A stretch of DNA of 64,000 bases, from NCBI GenBank assembly GCA_031273805.1, contig JAISRE010000004.1:2103-66102 (forward strand). The letters run 5' to 3'. The position numbers were made by a program, and so were the translations under genes. Below the pieces are notes generated by a model. It made no database searches. It was not told the origin of the DNA and was given only the letters and a program-made list of their open reading frames with translations. Source of the stretch: Synergistaceae bacterium. Its GTDB lineage: Bacteria > Synergistota > Synergistia > Synergistales > Synergistaceae. Positions 28,478 to 37,455 of this stretch are shown here, piece by piece (the first letter of the stretch is position 1; every line of letters starts with the position of its first letter).

Positions 28478-30565
28478 ATGTCTATCAATAATAAAGAATA
28501 CAGCGATTCGGAGATCGATGCGATTATCTCCGAATCCAACAGGAATAGGAGAAAGCTGGAAAAGCTGGAGAGGAGCTATGCCCAGCTCTCCCTTATGTAT
28601 GAAAATTCCGAGCAGCTCCGAATCTTCAACGAGAAGGAGCTGGCTCTCCAGTTTCTGTACAACAGATTATTGCTTGAGACGTCTCCCATCCTCATATTTG
28701 TCCTCGACAGGGATTTGAAATACGTCACCGGCTCGCGTCAATTGATGCAGATATTGGCCTTCGCCGATCAGAGGGAGATGGCGAAACTGACATTCAATCA
28801 GATGTTCTCGCGCATCGCCCCGGAGTCATGGATTGCAAAAATGGTCGAACAGTGCCGACGGTCGCTCGCCGAGTCGCATCACATTCATTTCAGCGACATC
28901 GTGGAGATGAACACAGGAGATACGTTTCAGTTCGAGGTGTACATCTCGCCCGCGATAGATACAGATGGGCTATGCTGCGGAGTTGCCGTAGTTCTCCAGG
29001 ATGTCACGAACCTCGCGAACGCGGTCAAAACCGCGAAAGCCGCCGAGAAGGCAAAGACCACCTTCCTGGCAAACATGAGCCACGAAATCCGCACGCCCAT
29101 GAACGCGATCAAGGGGATGAGCGATTTGCTCCTGCTCACTAAACTGGATGACGTCCAGAGGGGCTATGCCAGGAGCATCACCAGCGCATCCCATTCTCTC
29201 CTCGCGATTATCAACGATCTTCTCGACTTCTCGAAGATAGAGGCGAACAAACTCGACCTCGTCGAGGTCGATGTCGATCTGGGTCACTTAATAGCTGATG
29301 TCGCGGGGCTGATCAACCTCAAAGCGTCGGAAAAGGGGATAGGCTTTGCGGCGCGCATAGACCCGCGCGCCCCCGCCTCCGTCATCTGCGACGACATAAG
29401 GCTGAAACAAATTTTGCTTAACCTGCTCAATAACGCGGTAAAGTTCACGCACAAAGGACACGTTGGAATAGCTCTTGCCTGCAAACCCGCACCTAATAAC
29501 AACGGCAGACGCCGCGTATCACTGACGTTTGAAGTATCCGACTCCGGGATCGGGATAAAAGAAGCGGACCTCGCCCTTATATTCCAGCCCTTCGCCCAAT
29601 CCGATAAATTCGCCAACCGCAGCATAGAGGGGACCGGGCTGGGGCTCTCCATCAGCACCAGGCTCGTGGAAAAAATGGGCGGGAAGCTGAGGGTAAGGAG
29701 TGTTTATGGAGAGGGGAGCACGTTCTTTTTCACAATAGAGCTCAAATCCGCCTCCGAAACGCCTCTCGCCTCCGTCTCGTCTCCGGAGTCCAAACGCGCG
29801 CTGCTGCTCGCAGGAGACCTGCATCGTTCAGAATATCAGCAGATGTTCGATGATTTAGGCATTCGCCTCGACATCTGCCGAGACTGGGAAGAATTGCGCG
29901 CAACGCTGGAGCGCGGCTCATACACTCACCTGATATATGAGTGCGCTCTCGGCGCTGACGCGTTGGACTCCATCATGGACGACATACCCGACACGTGCCG
30001 GATCGTGGCGCTGAAGGATATCCGCTTTGCCGAGCGCTACAGCACCGAGTCGCGGGTCGAGACGCTGTTCGAACCGGTTCTTGTGACCGCTGTCGCGCAA
30101 ATCCTCAACAACGTCAAGACAGAGGGCTCGAACGAACAGGAGAGTTTGGAGAGCTGCGTAATAGGATCTTTCAAATGTCCGGACGCCAGGATTCTTCTGG
30201 TGGACGATAACGAGATCAACCTGTTGGTAGAGAGCGAGCTGCTCAGGCAGTACGGCATAGAGCCGGACATCGCGGACTGCGCGCGAAGCGCCTACAAGCT
30301 CATCGAGGACAATCGCTACGACATCATCTTCATGGATCACATGATGCCGGAGATCAACGGCATAGACGCGACCAAAACGCTGAGGGCCACGCCGGGGTGG
30401 ACCGAAACCGTCCCGATAATCGCGCTCACCGCAAACGCGATAACCGGGATGAAGGAGGCTTATCTGTCGTGCGGCATGAGCGACTTCATAAGCAAGCCCA
30501 TCGAGATCCCAGACCTCAACAGGATCTTGCTGCAATGGCTGCCGCACGACAAAATATCCACATAG
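28478..30565 (+). CDS. hybrid sensor histidine kinase/response regulator
   Basis: H-box [17 protein letters not shown], HATPase_c (NAVKFT...DSGIGI...GTGLGLSIS) and a C-terminal REC ([11 protein letters not shown]...[17 protein letters not shown]). Confidence 0.9.
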   Translation: MSINNKEYSDSEIDAIISESNRNRRKLEKLERSYAQLSLMYENSEQLRIFNEKELALQFLYNRLLLETSPILIFVLDRDLKYVTGSRQLMQILAFADQREMAKLTFNQMFSRIAPESWIAKMVEQCRRSLAESHHIHFSDIVEMNTGDTFQFEVYISPAIDTDGLCCGVAVVLQDVTNLANAVKTAKAAEKAKTTFLANMSHEIRTPMNAIKGMSDLLLLTKLDDVQRGYARSITSASHSLLAIINDLLDFSKIEANKLDLVEVDVDLGHLIADVAGLINLKASEKGIGFAARIDPRAPASVICDDIRLKQILLNLLNNAVKFTHKGHVGIALACKPAPNNNGRRRVSLTFEVSDSGIGIKEADLALIFQPFAQSDKFANRSIEGTGLGLSISTRLVEKMGGKLRVRSVYGEGSTFFFTIELKSASETPLASVSSPESKRALLLAGDLHRSEYQQMFDDLGIRLDICRDWEELRATLERGSYTHLIYECALGADALDSIMDDIPDTCRIVALKDIRFAERYSTESRVETLFEPVLVTAVAQILNNVKTEGSNEQESLESCVIGSFKCPDARILLVDDNEINLLVESELLRQYGIEPDIADCARSAYKLIEDNRYDIIFMDHMMPEINGIDATKTLRATPGWTETVPIIALTANAITGMKEAYLSCGMSDFISKPIEIPDLNRILLQWLPHDKIST

Positions 30566-30647
30566 AGAATCGCTGACTAAATAACCTTCGGCTGCAATGG
30601 ACAAATTCGCTCCATTTAGCTCGAAGAACATTTAATCAGCGATTCCT
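30566..30647. mobile_element. compact 82-bp MITE-like element, repeat family A
   Basis: 16-nt terminal inverted repeats GAATCGCTGACTAAAT and ATTTAATCAGCGATTC (one mismatch). The interior is also self-complementary. It starts immediately after the kinase's TAG stop. Confidence 0.55.
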
Positions 30648-30679
30648 TAGCGCCGCCTCCCTGACATAAGTCGCAGAGA

Positions 30680-32428
30680 TTAAACCCTCGGCTTCCTCAG
30701 GAAACTCAGGGCCGCTATGGCCAGAGCCAGCCCGGCAAAACCGGCTTCACATCCGCCGCTGCCGCCTGTGTCATCAGTGTCATCAGTGTCATCTGTGTCA
30801 TCTGTGTCATCAGTGTCATCTGTGTCATCTGTGTCATCTGTGTCATCTGTACCGTCGTCTATCTCATCGGCAGTCAGGCGGACAGGAGCGTAGATTGCCG
30901 AACTCGCCCCCACAAACGCCGCCCACTCCCTATCGCCGTACATAAAGTGCCACCACTCGCCATAAAACGGGGCAAAGCCCTCTTCCAGCATCAAGTCGTG
31001 CAAAAACATGCGATTTGCAAACTGACTCGCCGTTATGTTCTTCGAGAATGTTCCAATGATCTCCTCCTGCTCCTCCGTTGACAGCCCATCGGTCGGGGGC
31101 GCAAAATCCAGCTCCGTGCCGTCCGCGAGATTCGCAATCCTTATATCCACACATCCTCCGGTCGGATGTCCGGCGATTTCCGGCAAAGCCACAAAGACAT
31201 CGGTCTGCCTGTCGAGCTCATCCTCCGTGTACTCTCTGCCCTCCGCATCCCACTCCTCTCTTATCCTCTCTTTTGTGCTGTTAAAATAAGTCTCTTGTAT
31301 CTCCGGATGTCTGTAGCCGTACGTCACCTTCAGCGTATATCCCATCGGTACCAGCTTTTCGTTTATATTCGCCAGCTTCCTCGCGACAGTATCCCTGACC
31401 GGCACTATCTCGCCCACATAGGGTATCATGTTCTCGCTCTGCGCCGCGATAATGCGAGGGTCATATTTGAGCACGCTGACCATAGCCTCGTCGCTGACGC
31501 CGACACCTACGGATCTTCTCTGCTCGAACGACATTATCGCGTGAGTCGCTAAATTTTGCTCCTCCGTCGTCATAACCGGAATTATCTCGGGAACTACCGG
31601 GGCGTCATCATAGACGGTAGGGTCGATAATCTGGTCTATCGCGAGCGCTTCGTAATCTATATCGCCAGAAGTAGTCCCGTAGATGGCCTGCGGCTCTCCG
31701 ACAAAGGCGGCCCACTCCCTGTCTCCGTACATAAAGTGCCACCACTCGCCGTAAAATGGGGCAAAGCCCTCTTCCAGCATTAAATCGTGCAGCAGCATGC
31801 GATTTGCGAACTGCTGCGGGGTTATGTGCTTTGAAAAGGTTGCTATGATTTCAGCCTCGAGATCCGTCGTCAGGCCGGTGGTCGGGGGCGTAAAATCCAA
31901 CTCCCTGCCATCCGCGAGATACGCGATTCTGAGGTCGACCGCCCCTCCGGTGGGGTGCCCGGCGACTTCCGGCATAGCGTTAAAGACGTCGCAATACGCC
32001 CAAAGCTCCATCTCCGTGTAATCCACGCCCTCAACGAGCCCTCTGGCGGCCCACTCCTCTCTCACCCTCCTCAGCCTGTTATCCCAATTGCTCTGCTGTC
32101 TGGACGGCTGCCTGTGACCAGACGTCAACTTCAAGGTAAATCCCTTTGCGGCCAATTTCTTATTGATATTGCCCAATTTTTTTGCAACGGAATCTCTGAC
32201 AAATATATTGCTGGTATTGGGCAGAATGCGATTGTCATATTTGCGCACATTGACCAAGGCTTCTGTGCTGGTACCGTATGGGACGTCCAGCCTTTGTTGT
32301 AATGACATTATCGAATGACTTTTAAGATGCTGCTCTTCCACCGTATACGTTGGTATGTCGAGACCGAATGCAACCGCGCTCAAGAGCGTTGTAATACACA
32401 GTACAATAAATATTATTAGCTTTTTCAC
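30680..32428 (-). CDS. secreted tandem-duplicated VanX/DdpX-type D-Ala-D-Ala dipeptidase (M15D) with a (DDT)n linker and Synergist-CTERM-like sorting signal
   Basis: Signal peptide, then two ~250-aa halves. Each half carries HPTGG(A/C)VD (HxxGxAxD) and GEWWHFMYGD (EWWH). The C-terminus reads DDT x9, then GGSGGCEAGFAGLALAIAALSFLRKPRV. Confidence 0.8.
   Translation of the reverse strand: MKKLIIFIVLCITTLLSAVAFGLDIPTYTVEEQHLKSHSIMSLQQRLDVPYGTSTEALVNVRKYDNRILPNTSNIFVRDSVAKKLGNINKKLAAKGFTLKLTSGHRQPSRQQSNWDNRLRRVREEWAARGLVEGVDYTEMELWAYCDVFNAMPEVAGHPTGGAVDLRIAYLADGRELDFTPPTTGLTTDLEAEIIATFSKHITPQQFANRMLLHDLMLEEGFAPFYGEWWHFMYGDREWAAFVGEPQAIYGTTSGDIDYEALAIDQIIDPTVYDDAPVVPEIIPVMTTEEQNLATHAIMSFEQRRSVGVGVSDEAMVSVLKYDPRIIAAQSENMIPYVGEIVPVRDTVARKLANINEKLVPMGYTLKVTYGYRHPEIQETYFNSTKERIREEWDAEGREYTEDELDRQTDVFVALPEIAGHPTGGCVDIRIANLADGTELDFAPPTDGLSTEEQEEIIGTFSKNITASQFANRMFLHDLMLEEGFAPFYGEWWHFMYGDREWAAFVGASSAIYAPVRLTADEIDDGTDDTDDTDDTDDTDDTDDTDDTDDTDDTGGSGGCEAGFAGLALAIAALSFLRKPRV
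30767..30847. repeat. 9-bp tandem repeat x9 (GTGTCATCW) encoding (DDT)9
   Basis: Nine head-to-tail copies were counted in the sequence, inside the 3' end of the dipeptidase gene. Confidence 0.9.
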
Positions 32429-32470
32429 AAAAAACCCCCCTTATAATTGGCATTTTAATCTTTTTGAAAA

Positions 32471-33484
32471 CTAAACTCTGTTATATCCTCGACTCGGGTT
32501 ATCACCTCCCCACAGGGCGAGTATTTTTTTGAGCTGATCGTCGTCAATGTTGCCTCCGGAGACGAATACGCCCGTCTTCTTCCCCGGTTTAGCGTATCCT
32601 GCCAGCAGGGCGGCTATTCCCACCGCTCCCGCGCCCTCCACGATCTGGCGGTGCTCTCTGTGCGCGTATGCTATGGCGCGCCCGATATCGTCCTCCGTCA
32701 CCTCATAAATGCCCGAAACGCGCGTTTTAGCAAGGGTCAAGAGACTCTGCGGGATGGCGCCTGCGAGACCGTCGGCTAAGGTGTCTCGATACTCGACTGC
32801 TTTGACGACGCCCTCCTCCCATGAGACCACCCAGGGGTTCGACGCGGCCGACTGTACGCCGAAAATTTCGACGTCCGGGTTTATCGCCTTCGCGGCTATG
32901 GCGGCGCCGTTGAGCAGTCCGCCTCCGCCGGCCGGCAGCAGCAAATAGTCTATATCCGGTTCATCCATGAACATCTCCAACCCGGCGGCGCCCTGCCCGG
33001 CGATCAGGTAGGCGTCCTCGAAAGAGGATATGTACGTTCCGCCCGACATTTCAGCGAATCTCACCGCCTCGCCGTCCGCTGAGTCGAAGTCGCCGTCTGA
33101 GACCGCCAGGTCCACCCAGTCGCCGCCCAACCGCCGGATGGCCTGCTTTTTGATCTCCGGGCAGGCATTTGGGACGAAAATAACCGCCCTCACCTTCATC
33201 TCGCGCGCCGCCAGCGCCACACCCTGCCCATGATTGCCGCTGGAGCAGGTGACGACTCCTCGAGCGCGCTCGTCCTCGCTCAGCACACTCATTCTGTAGA
33301 GCGCGCCCCTGACTTTGAACGAGCCGCAGAGCTGCTGGTTCTCCCACTTTACGTAGACAGGAGATCCAGCGACATCGCTCAGCGCGTGGGAATATTCCGT
33401 CGGGGTGTGTCTCAGCCTCGTATTGAGGAAACGATGGGCCTTGACCACGTCCTTAAAAGAAGGTTCAAAAGCGAGCGCGCTCAT
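32471..33484 (-). CDS. PLP-dependent threonine/serine dehydratase family enzyme (fold type II)
   Basis: 337 aa with the lysine motif CGSFKVRGA, SSGNHGQGVA and a glycine loop PAGGGGLL. Confidence 0.8.
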   Translation of the reverse strand: MSALAFEPSFKDVVKAHRFLNTRLRHTPTEYSHALSDVAGSPVYVKWENQQLCGSFKVRGALYRMSVLSEDERARGVVTCSSGNHGQGVALAAREMKVRAVIFVPNACPEIKKQAIRRLGGDWVDLAVSDGDFDSADGEAVRFAEMSGGTYISSFEDAYLIAGQGAAGLEMFMDEPDIDYLLLPAGGGGLLNGAAIAAKAINPDVEIFGVQSAASNPWVVSWEEGVVKAVEYRDTLADGLAGAIPQSLLTLAKTRVSGIYEVTEDDIGRAIAYAHREHRQIVEGAGAVGIAALLAGYAKPGKKTGVFVSGGNIDDDQLKKILALWGGDNPSRGYNRV

Positions 33485-33515
33485 TCAGGCAGCAGAACCT
33501 CGCGGCCGAGCGTCA

Positions 33516-34193
33516 TCAGTCACGCTTTAACTCGAATCCGGGGATGGCGAGTTTTTTGCCAATCCACAAAAAGAGCAGCGACGCCAGCGAGACCATGCCG
33601 AGGTATATAAGGCCCACGACCGAGAATACCAGGGTAAACCGAAATGACCGCGAGGCGGCCATCTTTCCCGCCCCTGTAAGCTCGATAAACGAGAGCATAT
33701 AGGCAAGGGAGGAGTATTTTATGAGGTATATCATCTCGTTCGAGCAGCCCGGCAATGCCCTGCGGGCAGCCTGCGGCAGCACAACCCACACGATGGCCTG
33801 CATACCGCTCATCCCCAGCGCCCTGGCCGCCGTTACCTGGTCTGAACGCACAGAAAGTATGGCGCCTCTGATATATTCGGAGCTGTAAGCCCCGCTGCAC
33901 ATTATAAAACCCAGCACGGACGCCGAAAAAGGCGATAGCATGAGACCGAAGGACGGAAGACAGAAGTAGATTACAAAAAGAAGTATCAGCAGGGGAGTCC
34001 CCTTGATCAGAATAACATACGCCCGGCATAACCCCGATACGGCCCTGTTCCCGTAGACCCAGCCCGTGGAGACGAGAAAACCCGTGAGCAGGCCGAGCGG
34101 GGCGGAGCAGATTATCAGCTTGCACGACGCCAACGTCCCTTGAAGCAGGGGACCTCTCAGGATATCCAGAATATACCGGACGGATTCATCCAT
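33516..34193 (-). CDS. polar amino acid ABC transporter permease
   Basis: 225 aa, HisM/GlnP-like, with an EAA-type loop ([21 protein letters not shown]). Confidence 0.85.
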   Translation of the reverse strand: MDESVRYILDILRGPLLQGTLASCKLIICSAPLGLLTGFLVSTGWVYGNRAVSGLCRAYVILIKGTPLLILLFVIYFCLPSFGLMLSPFSASVLGFIMCSGAYSSEYIRGAILSVRSDQVTAARALGMSGMQAIVWVVLPQAARRALPGCSNEMIYLIKYSSLAYMLSFIELTGAGKMAASRSFRFTLVFSVVGLIYLGMVSLASLLFLWIGKKLAIPGFELKRD

Positions 34194-34959
34194 TATTGAT
34201 GTGCCTCAGGAACGCCCTTGTCCGCTCAAAACTTCCAGCGGCGTCCGAAGAGCCGTCAGAGCCGGGCGCCGTTCCGCCCCTTATCAGCCGAGGCGTCCCC
34301 CTCTCGGCGATAACGCCGCGCTCCATGAAAAGCACCTCACTCGCAACGGAGTAGACAAACTCCATCTCGTGAGAGACGACGAGCATGGTCATTCCGCCAG
34401 AGGCGAGGAGCTTCATGACGTCCAGCACCTCCCCGGTCAACTCGGGGTCGAGAGCGCTCGTGGGCTCGTCAAAGAGCATGACCTCCGGGTTCATGGCTAG
34501 CGATCTGGCGATGGAGACGCGCTGTGCCTGCCCTCCGGAGAGCTCCGCCGGGTACTTGTCCGCAAAACGCTCCATGCCGACGCGGGCCAATTCGGAGAGC
34601 GCGAGCTCCCTTGCCTGATGCTTCGGCATCTTTAGAACTTTAAGCAATCCTATCTCCACGTTGCGGAGGGCCGTAAGATGGTCGAAGAGGCAAAAATTCT
34701 GAAACACCATTCCCATGCGGCGGCGAACACCGTCAATATCGCTGGAGTGGGTTATCTCGTCCCCGCCAAGCCACACCTGTCCGGAGTCGGGCTCCACAAG
34801 ACGATTCAGACAGCGCAGCAGTGTGCTTTTGCCGGTGCCTGACGGGCCGATGAATACCTTTACGTCCCCCTTCCGCACCTCGAACGTGACGCCGCGCAGC
34901 ACCTCCTCGGAGTCAAATCGCTTGTGCAGGTCCCGCACCCTCAGTATGACATCCTCCAT
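34186..34959 (-). CDS. polar amino acid ABC transporter ATP-binding protein
   Basis: 257 aa from the ATG at 34959. Walker [10 protein letters not shown], signature LSGGQAQRV, Walker [12 protein letters not shown]. The longer track ORF reaching 35499 overlaps the permease gene and was rejected. Confidence 0.9.
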   Translation of the reverse strand: MEDVILRVRDLHKRFDSEEVLRGVTFEVRKGDVKVFIGPSGTGKSTLLRCLNRLVEPDSGQVWLGGDEITHSSDIDGVRRRMGMVFQNFCLFDHLTALRNVEIGLLKVLKMPKHQARELALSELARVGMERFADKYPAELSGGQAQRVSIARSLAMNPEVMLFDEPTSALDPELTGEVLDVMKLLASGGMTMLVVSHEMEFVYSVASEVLFMERGVIAERGTPRLIRGGTAPGSDGSSDAAGSFERTRAFLRHINNG

Positions 34960-34961
34960 TG

Positions 34962-35681
34962 CTATGAACCTCCAAAACCGGGGATGCGGTATCGTCTCTC
35001 CACGTAGTGAAGCAGCCACATCCCAATGTAATTCATGAGTATAAAGATCACCGCGACGCCAAGATAGAGCGGAACCGGGGCTCTCGTGCGAGATACCTGC
35101 AGACTGGTCCGCGTCAGCATCTCCATAACTCCGATGGCGTAGCAGACTGAGGAATCGGTCAGCAGTATGGGATACTCGTTGGACCACGCCGGCAGCGAGA
35201 CGCGCAGAGCCTGCGGAAGTATGACGCTCCGTATAGCGACTGAGCGGCTCATGCCGAGCGAGCGGGCCGCCTGCATCTGACCCTGGTCTATCGACAGCAG
35301 CGCCCCCCGGAATATCTGCGACTGGTACGCCGAGCTTCTGAGCCCCAGGACTGTCGCCCCCACGAAAAAAGGGGGAAGATCTATTCCGAACAGGGGGAAG
35401 ACCCCGTAGTAGAACAAAAACAACAGCACGAGGCTGGGCAGGCCTCTCAGCAGCCATACATAGACGCTGACAACGCGTGAAAAAAAAGAGCTTCCCCAAT
35501 AGACCTGGATCACTCCAAGGGGAAGCCCCACAACGAAACCAACGCTCAAAGCGATGAGAACGAGGCCGGCTGTGGTAAAAATGCCCAGCGCTATATTGGG
35601 CAGTGATTCAAAGAAAATAAGCGCGCTCTGCACTTTGCCGCTTACTTCTGCATCTCGTACTTCGCCTTTAGCTCCTCCCAC
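34962..35681 (-). CDS. polar amino acid ABC transporter permease
   Basis: HisQ/GlnP-like ([21 protein letters not shown]). The start is uncertain: GTG at 35681 or GTG at 35633. Confidence 0.8.
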   Translation of the reverse strand: MGGAKGEVRDAEVSGKVQSALIFFESLPNIALGIFTTAGLVLIALSVGFVVGLPLGVIQVYWGSSFFSRVVSVYVWLLRGLPSLVLLFLFYYGVFPLFGIDLPPFFVGATVLGLRSSAYQSQIFRGALLSIDQGQMQAARSLGMSRSVAIRSVILPQALRVSLPAWSNEYPILLTDSSVCYAIGVMEMLTRTSLQVSRTRAPVPLYLGVAVIFILMNYIGMWLLHYVERRYRIPGFGGS

Positions 35682-36400
35682 TTCGGTGACGCCATCAGAC
35701 GCTTCAGCCCCTCGTTTATTAAATCCTTGAGATCCGTGTCGGTCTTGCGGATAGCGACAGCGTACTCCTCACCGGTCTTGACTGTGCCGATTATCTTGAG
35801 CGGCTTGCCTTTGATAGTTCCGATTACCACCATATCGTCCATCATCGCGGCGTCCACCCGCCCGATTTCGAGATCCATCGCCGCCGCTGGGAAGTTGTCG
35901 TAGAGGCGCAGCTTGTCGGCCGGCAGAATGCCCTTCTTTACGAGGTTATCCTCCAGCCACTCCGCCGCAGTGCAGCCGCGCTGAGTGCCGATAGCGAGCT
36001 TGCCGGCGTTGAAATCTTCCATCGTAGCGGTCGACTCGTTTTTGACCGCTATTGCCTGGTCGATCTCCCAGTAGACAGTCGAGAAGTCCACCACCTTTTT
36101 GCGCTCCTCGTTGGCTGTCATCCCGGAATAGACCATGTCTATCTTATTGGCGAGCAGGGCCGGTATAATGCCGTCCCACGCCGTAGGAACAATCTCCACC
36201 TCGAAACCCATTTCCTTCGCTATCCACTGGACGGACTCGACGTCAAAACCGGTGGGCTTGCCATCGGCGCCGATAAAGCTGTACGGCGGATAATCCCCGT
36301 CAATGCCGACAATATACTTCTTCGTGGCGGCAAACCCCGTCGAAGCGCCCAACAAAAAGGACAAACAAAGAACCAGACACGCCAACTTCCTGATACTCAT
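35642..36400 (-). CDS. polar amino acid ABC transporter substrate-binding protein
   Basis: 252 aa with a signal peptide and an SBP_bac_3-like sequence (YIVGIDGDYPPYSF...DMVYSGMTANEERKK). Confidence 0.85.
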   Translation of the reverse strand: MSIRKLACLVLCLSFLLGASTGFAATKKYIVGIDGDYPPYSFIGADGKPTGFDVESVQWIAKEMGFEVEIVPTAWDGIIPALLANKIDMVYSGMTANEERKKVVDFSTVYWEIDQAIAVKNESTATMEDFNAGKLAIGTQRGCTAAEWLEDNLVKKGILPADKLRLYDNFPAAAMDLEIGRVDAAMMDDMVVIGTIKGKPLKIIGTVKTGEEYAVAIRKTDTDLKDLINEGLKRLMASPKWEELKAKYEMQK

Positions 36401-36610
36401 AATTAAAACACCTCCAGATTTTGTTTTGGTAATAGTGACGAATATTTTATTATTATTTCGCGAAAAAGTAAAGGCTTATTTAATATTTTTTATAACTCGT
36501 CTGTGATAACCTCGATTGGCAAATACGTAAAGATATTGCTATTATTTGTGTTGATATTTACGCGTTTTTGCATTATCCTTGTGAGAATAGGTTAAGAAGG
36601 AGTGAATCTT

Positions 36611-36868
36611 ATGGCAAACTTGAATATGAGAATCGACGATACCTTGAAAAAACAGGCTGAGCTCGTGCTCGCTGAACTTGGAATGAATTTTTCAACAGCC
36701 ACCACTATTTTTCTGAAACAAGTTGTCCGTCATAATGGTATTCCTTTCGATTTACATGCGGATCCATTTTATTCTGTGGAGAACCATGCGCATCTATTAG
36801 CAGCTAAAAAGCGCATGGAAGAGACTGGTGGAACCGTTCATGAATTAATCGGAATCGATGATGATTAA
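36611..36868 (+). CDS. RelB/DinJ family antitoxin
   Basis: MANLNMRIDDTLKKQAELVLAELGMNFSTATTIFLKQVVRHNGIPFDL is the classic DinJ/RelB ribbon-helix-helix N-terminus. AAGGAG RBS. It overlaps the toxin gene. Confidence 0.8.
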   Translation: MANLNMRIDDTLKKQAELVLAELGMNFSTATTIFLKQVVRHNGIPFDLHADPFYSVENHAHLLAAKKRMEETGGTVHELIGIDDD

Positions 36869-37124
36869 ATCTTGGGATGATGAAGCTTGGGATGATTATC
36901 TTTACTGGCAGACGCAGGATAAGAAGACATTAAAACGAATCAACCAACTTCTGCTCGACATCGACCGCAACGGCTATATCGGGATAGGGAAACCGGAGGC
37001 TCTGAAGGGGGATATGCAGGGATATTGGAGCCGGAGGATAGACGAAACGAACAGGCTTGTATATCGCATCTTTGAAGGAAGAATAGAGATTTTGCAATGT
37101 CGTTCCCACTACGAGCACGACTGA
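36858..37124 (+). CDS. yoeB: Txe/YoeB family toxin
   Basis: 88 aa, WDDYLYWQTQDKKTLKRINQLLLDIDRNGYIGIGKPEALKGDMQGYWSRRIDETNRLVYRI...ILQCRSHY, the canonical YoeB sequence. Confidence 0.9.
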   Translation: MMIKSWDDEAWDDYLYWQTQDKKTLKRINQLLLDIDRNGYIGIGKPEALKGDMQGYWSRRIDETNRLVYRIFEGRIEILQCRSHYEHD

Positions 37125-37455
37125 CAAACTCCTATCAACAGGAGTTGAAGATGCGAATCACGGCTATGAAAACAGGCAATGCCGAAGCCCCTAATACGTG
37201 ACCAGTTGACCGCATGTTCGCCGGATACTATGCAAATAAATCGGCATTATGCGAAATAACGCATAAGAAAACCCCCTTTGCGCCCCTTTGAGTTCTCGGG
37301 GTAATATCAGAAAGAGCACGAATATTACTCTGTCTCATAAATAATATCCGGCGTGAGCGAGCGTTTGCGCGCCCGGAGAACTGCTGGTTTAGTGTTCAAG
37401 GACTAAGATATGCTGCAATATCACCTCTTGTCGCTTGCCACGAAGGGGGATCATC

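Noticed and set aside
29918-30631. 237-aa minus-strand ORF
   Set aside because: It is antisense to the REC domain of the hybrid kinase and runs into the MITE-like element. It is a shadow ORF.
30767-30847. Regular 9-bp repeats considered as a CRISPR-like or noncoding array
   Set aside because: The units are contiguous with no spacers, lie in frame inside a CDS and encode (DDT)9. This is a coding minisatellite.
34960-35499. 5' extension of the ABC ATPase track ORF to 437 aa
   Set aside because: The extension is Arg/Pro/Ser-rich, overlaps the permease gene out of frame, and the conserved ATPase begins at MEDVILRV (ATG at 34959).
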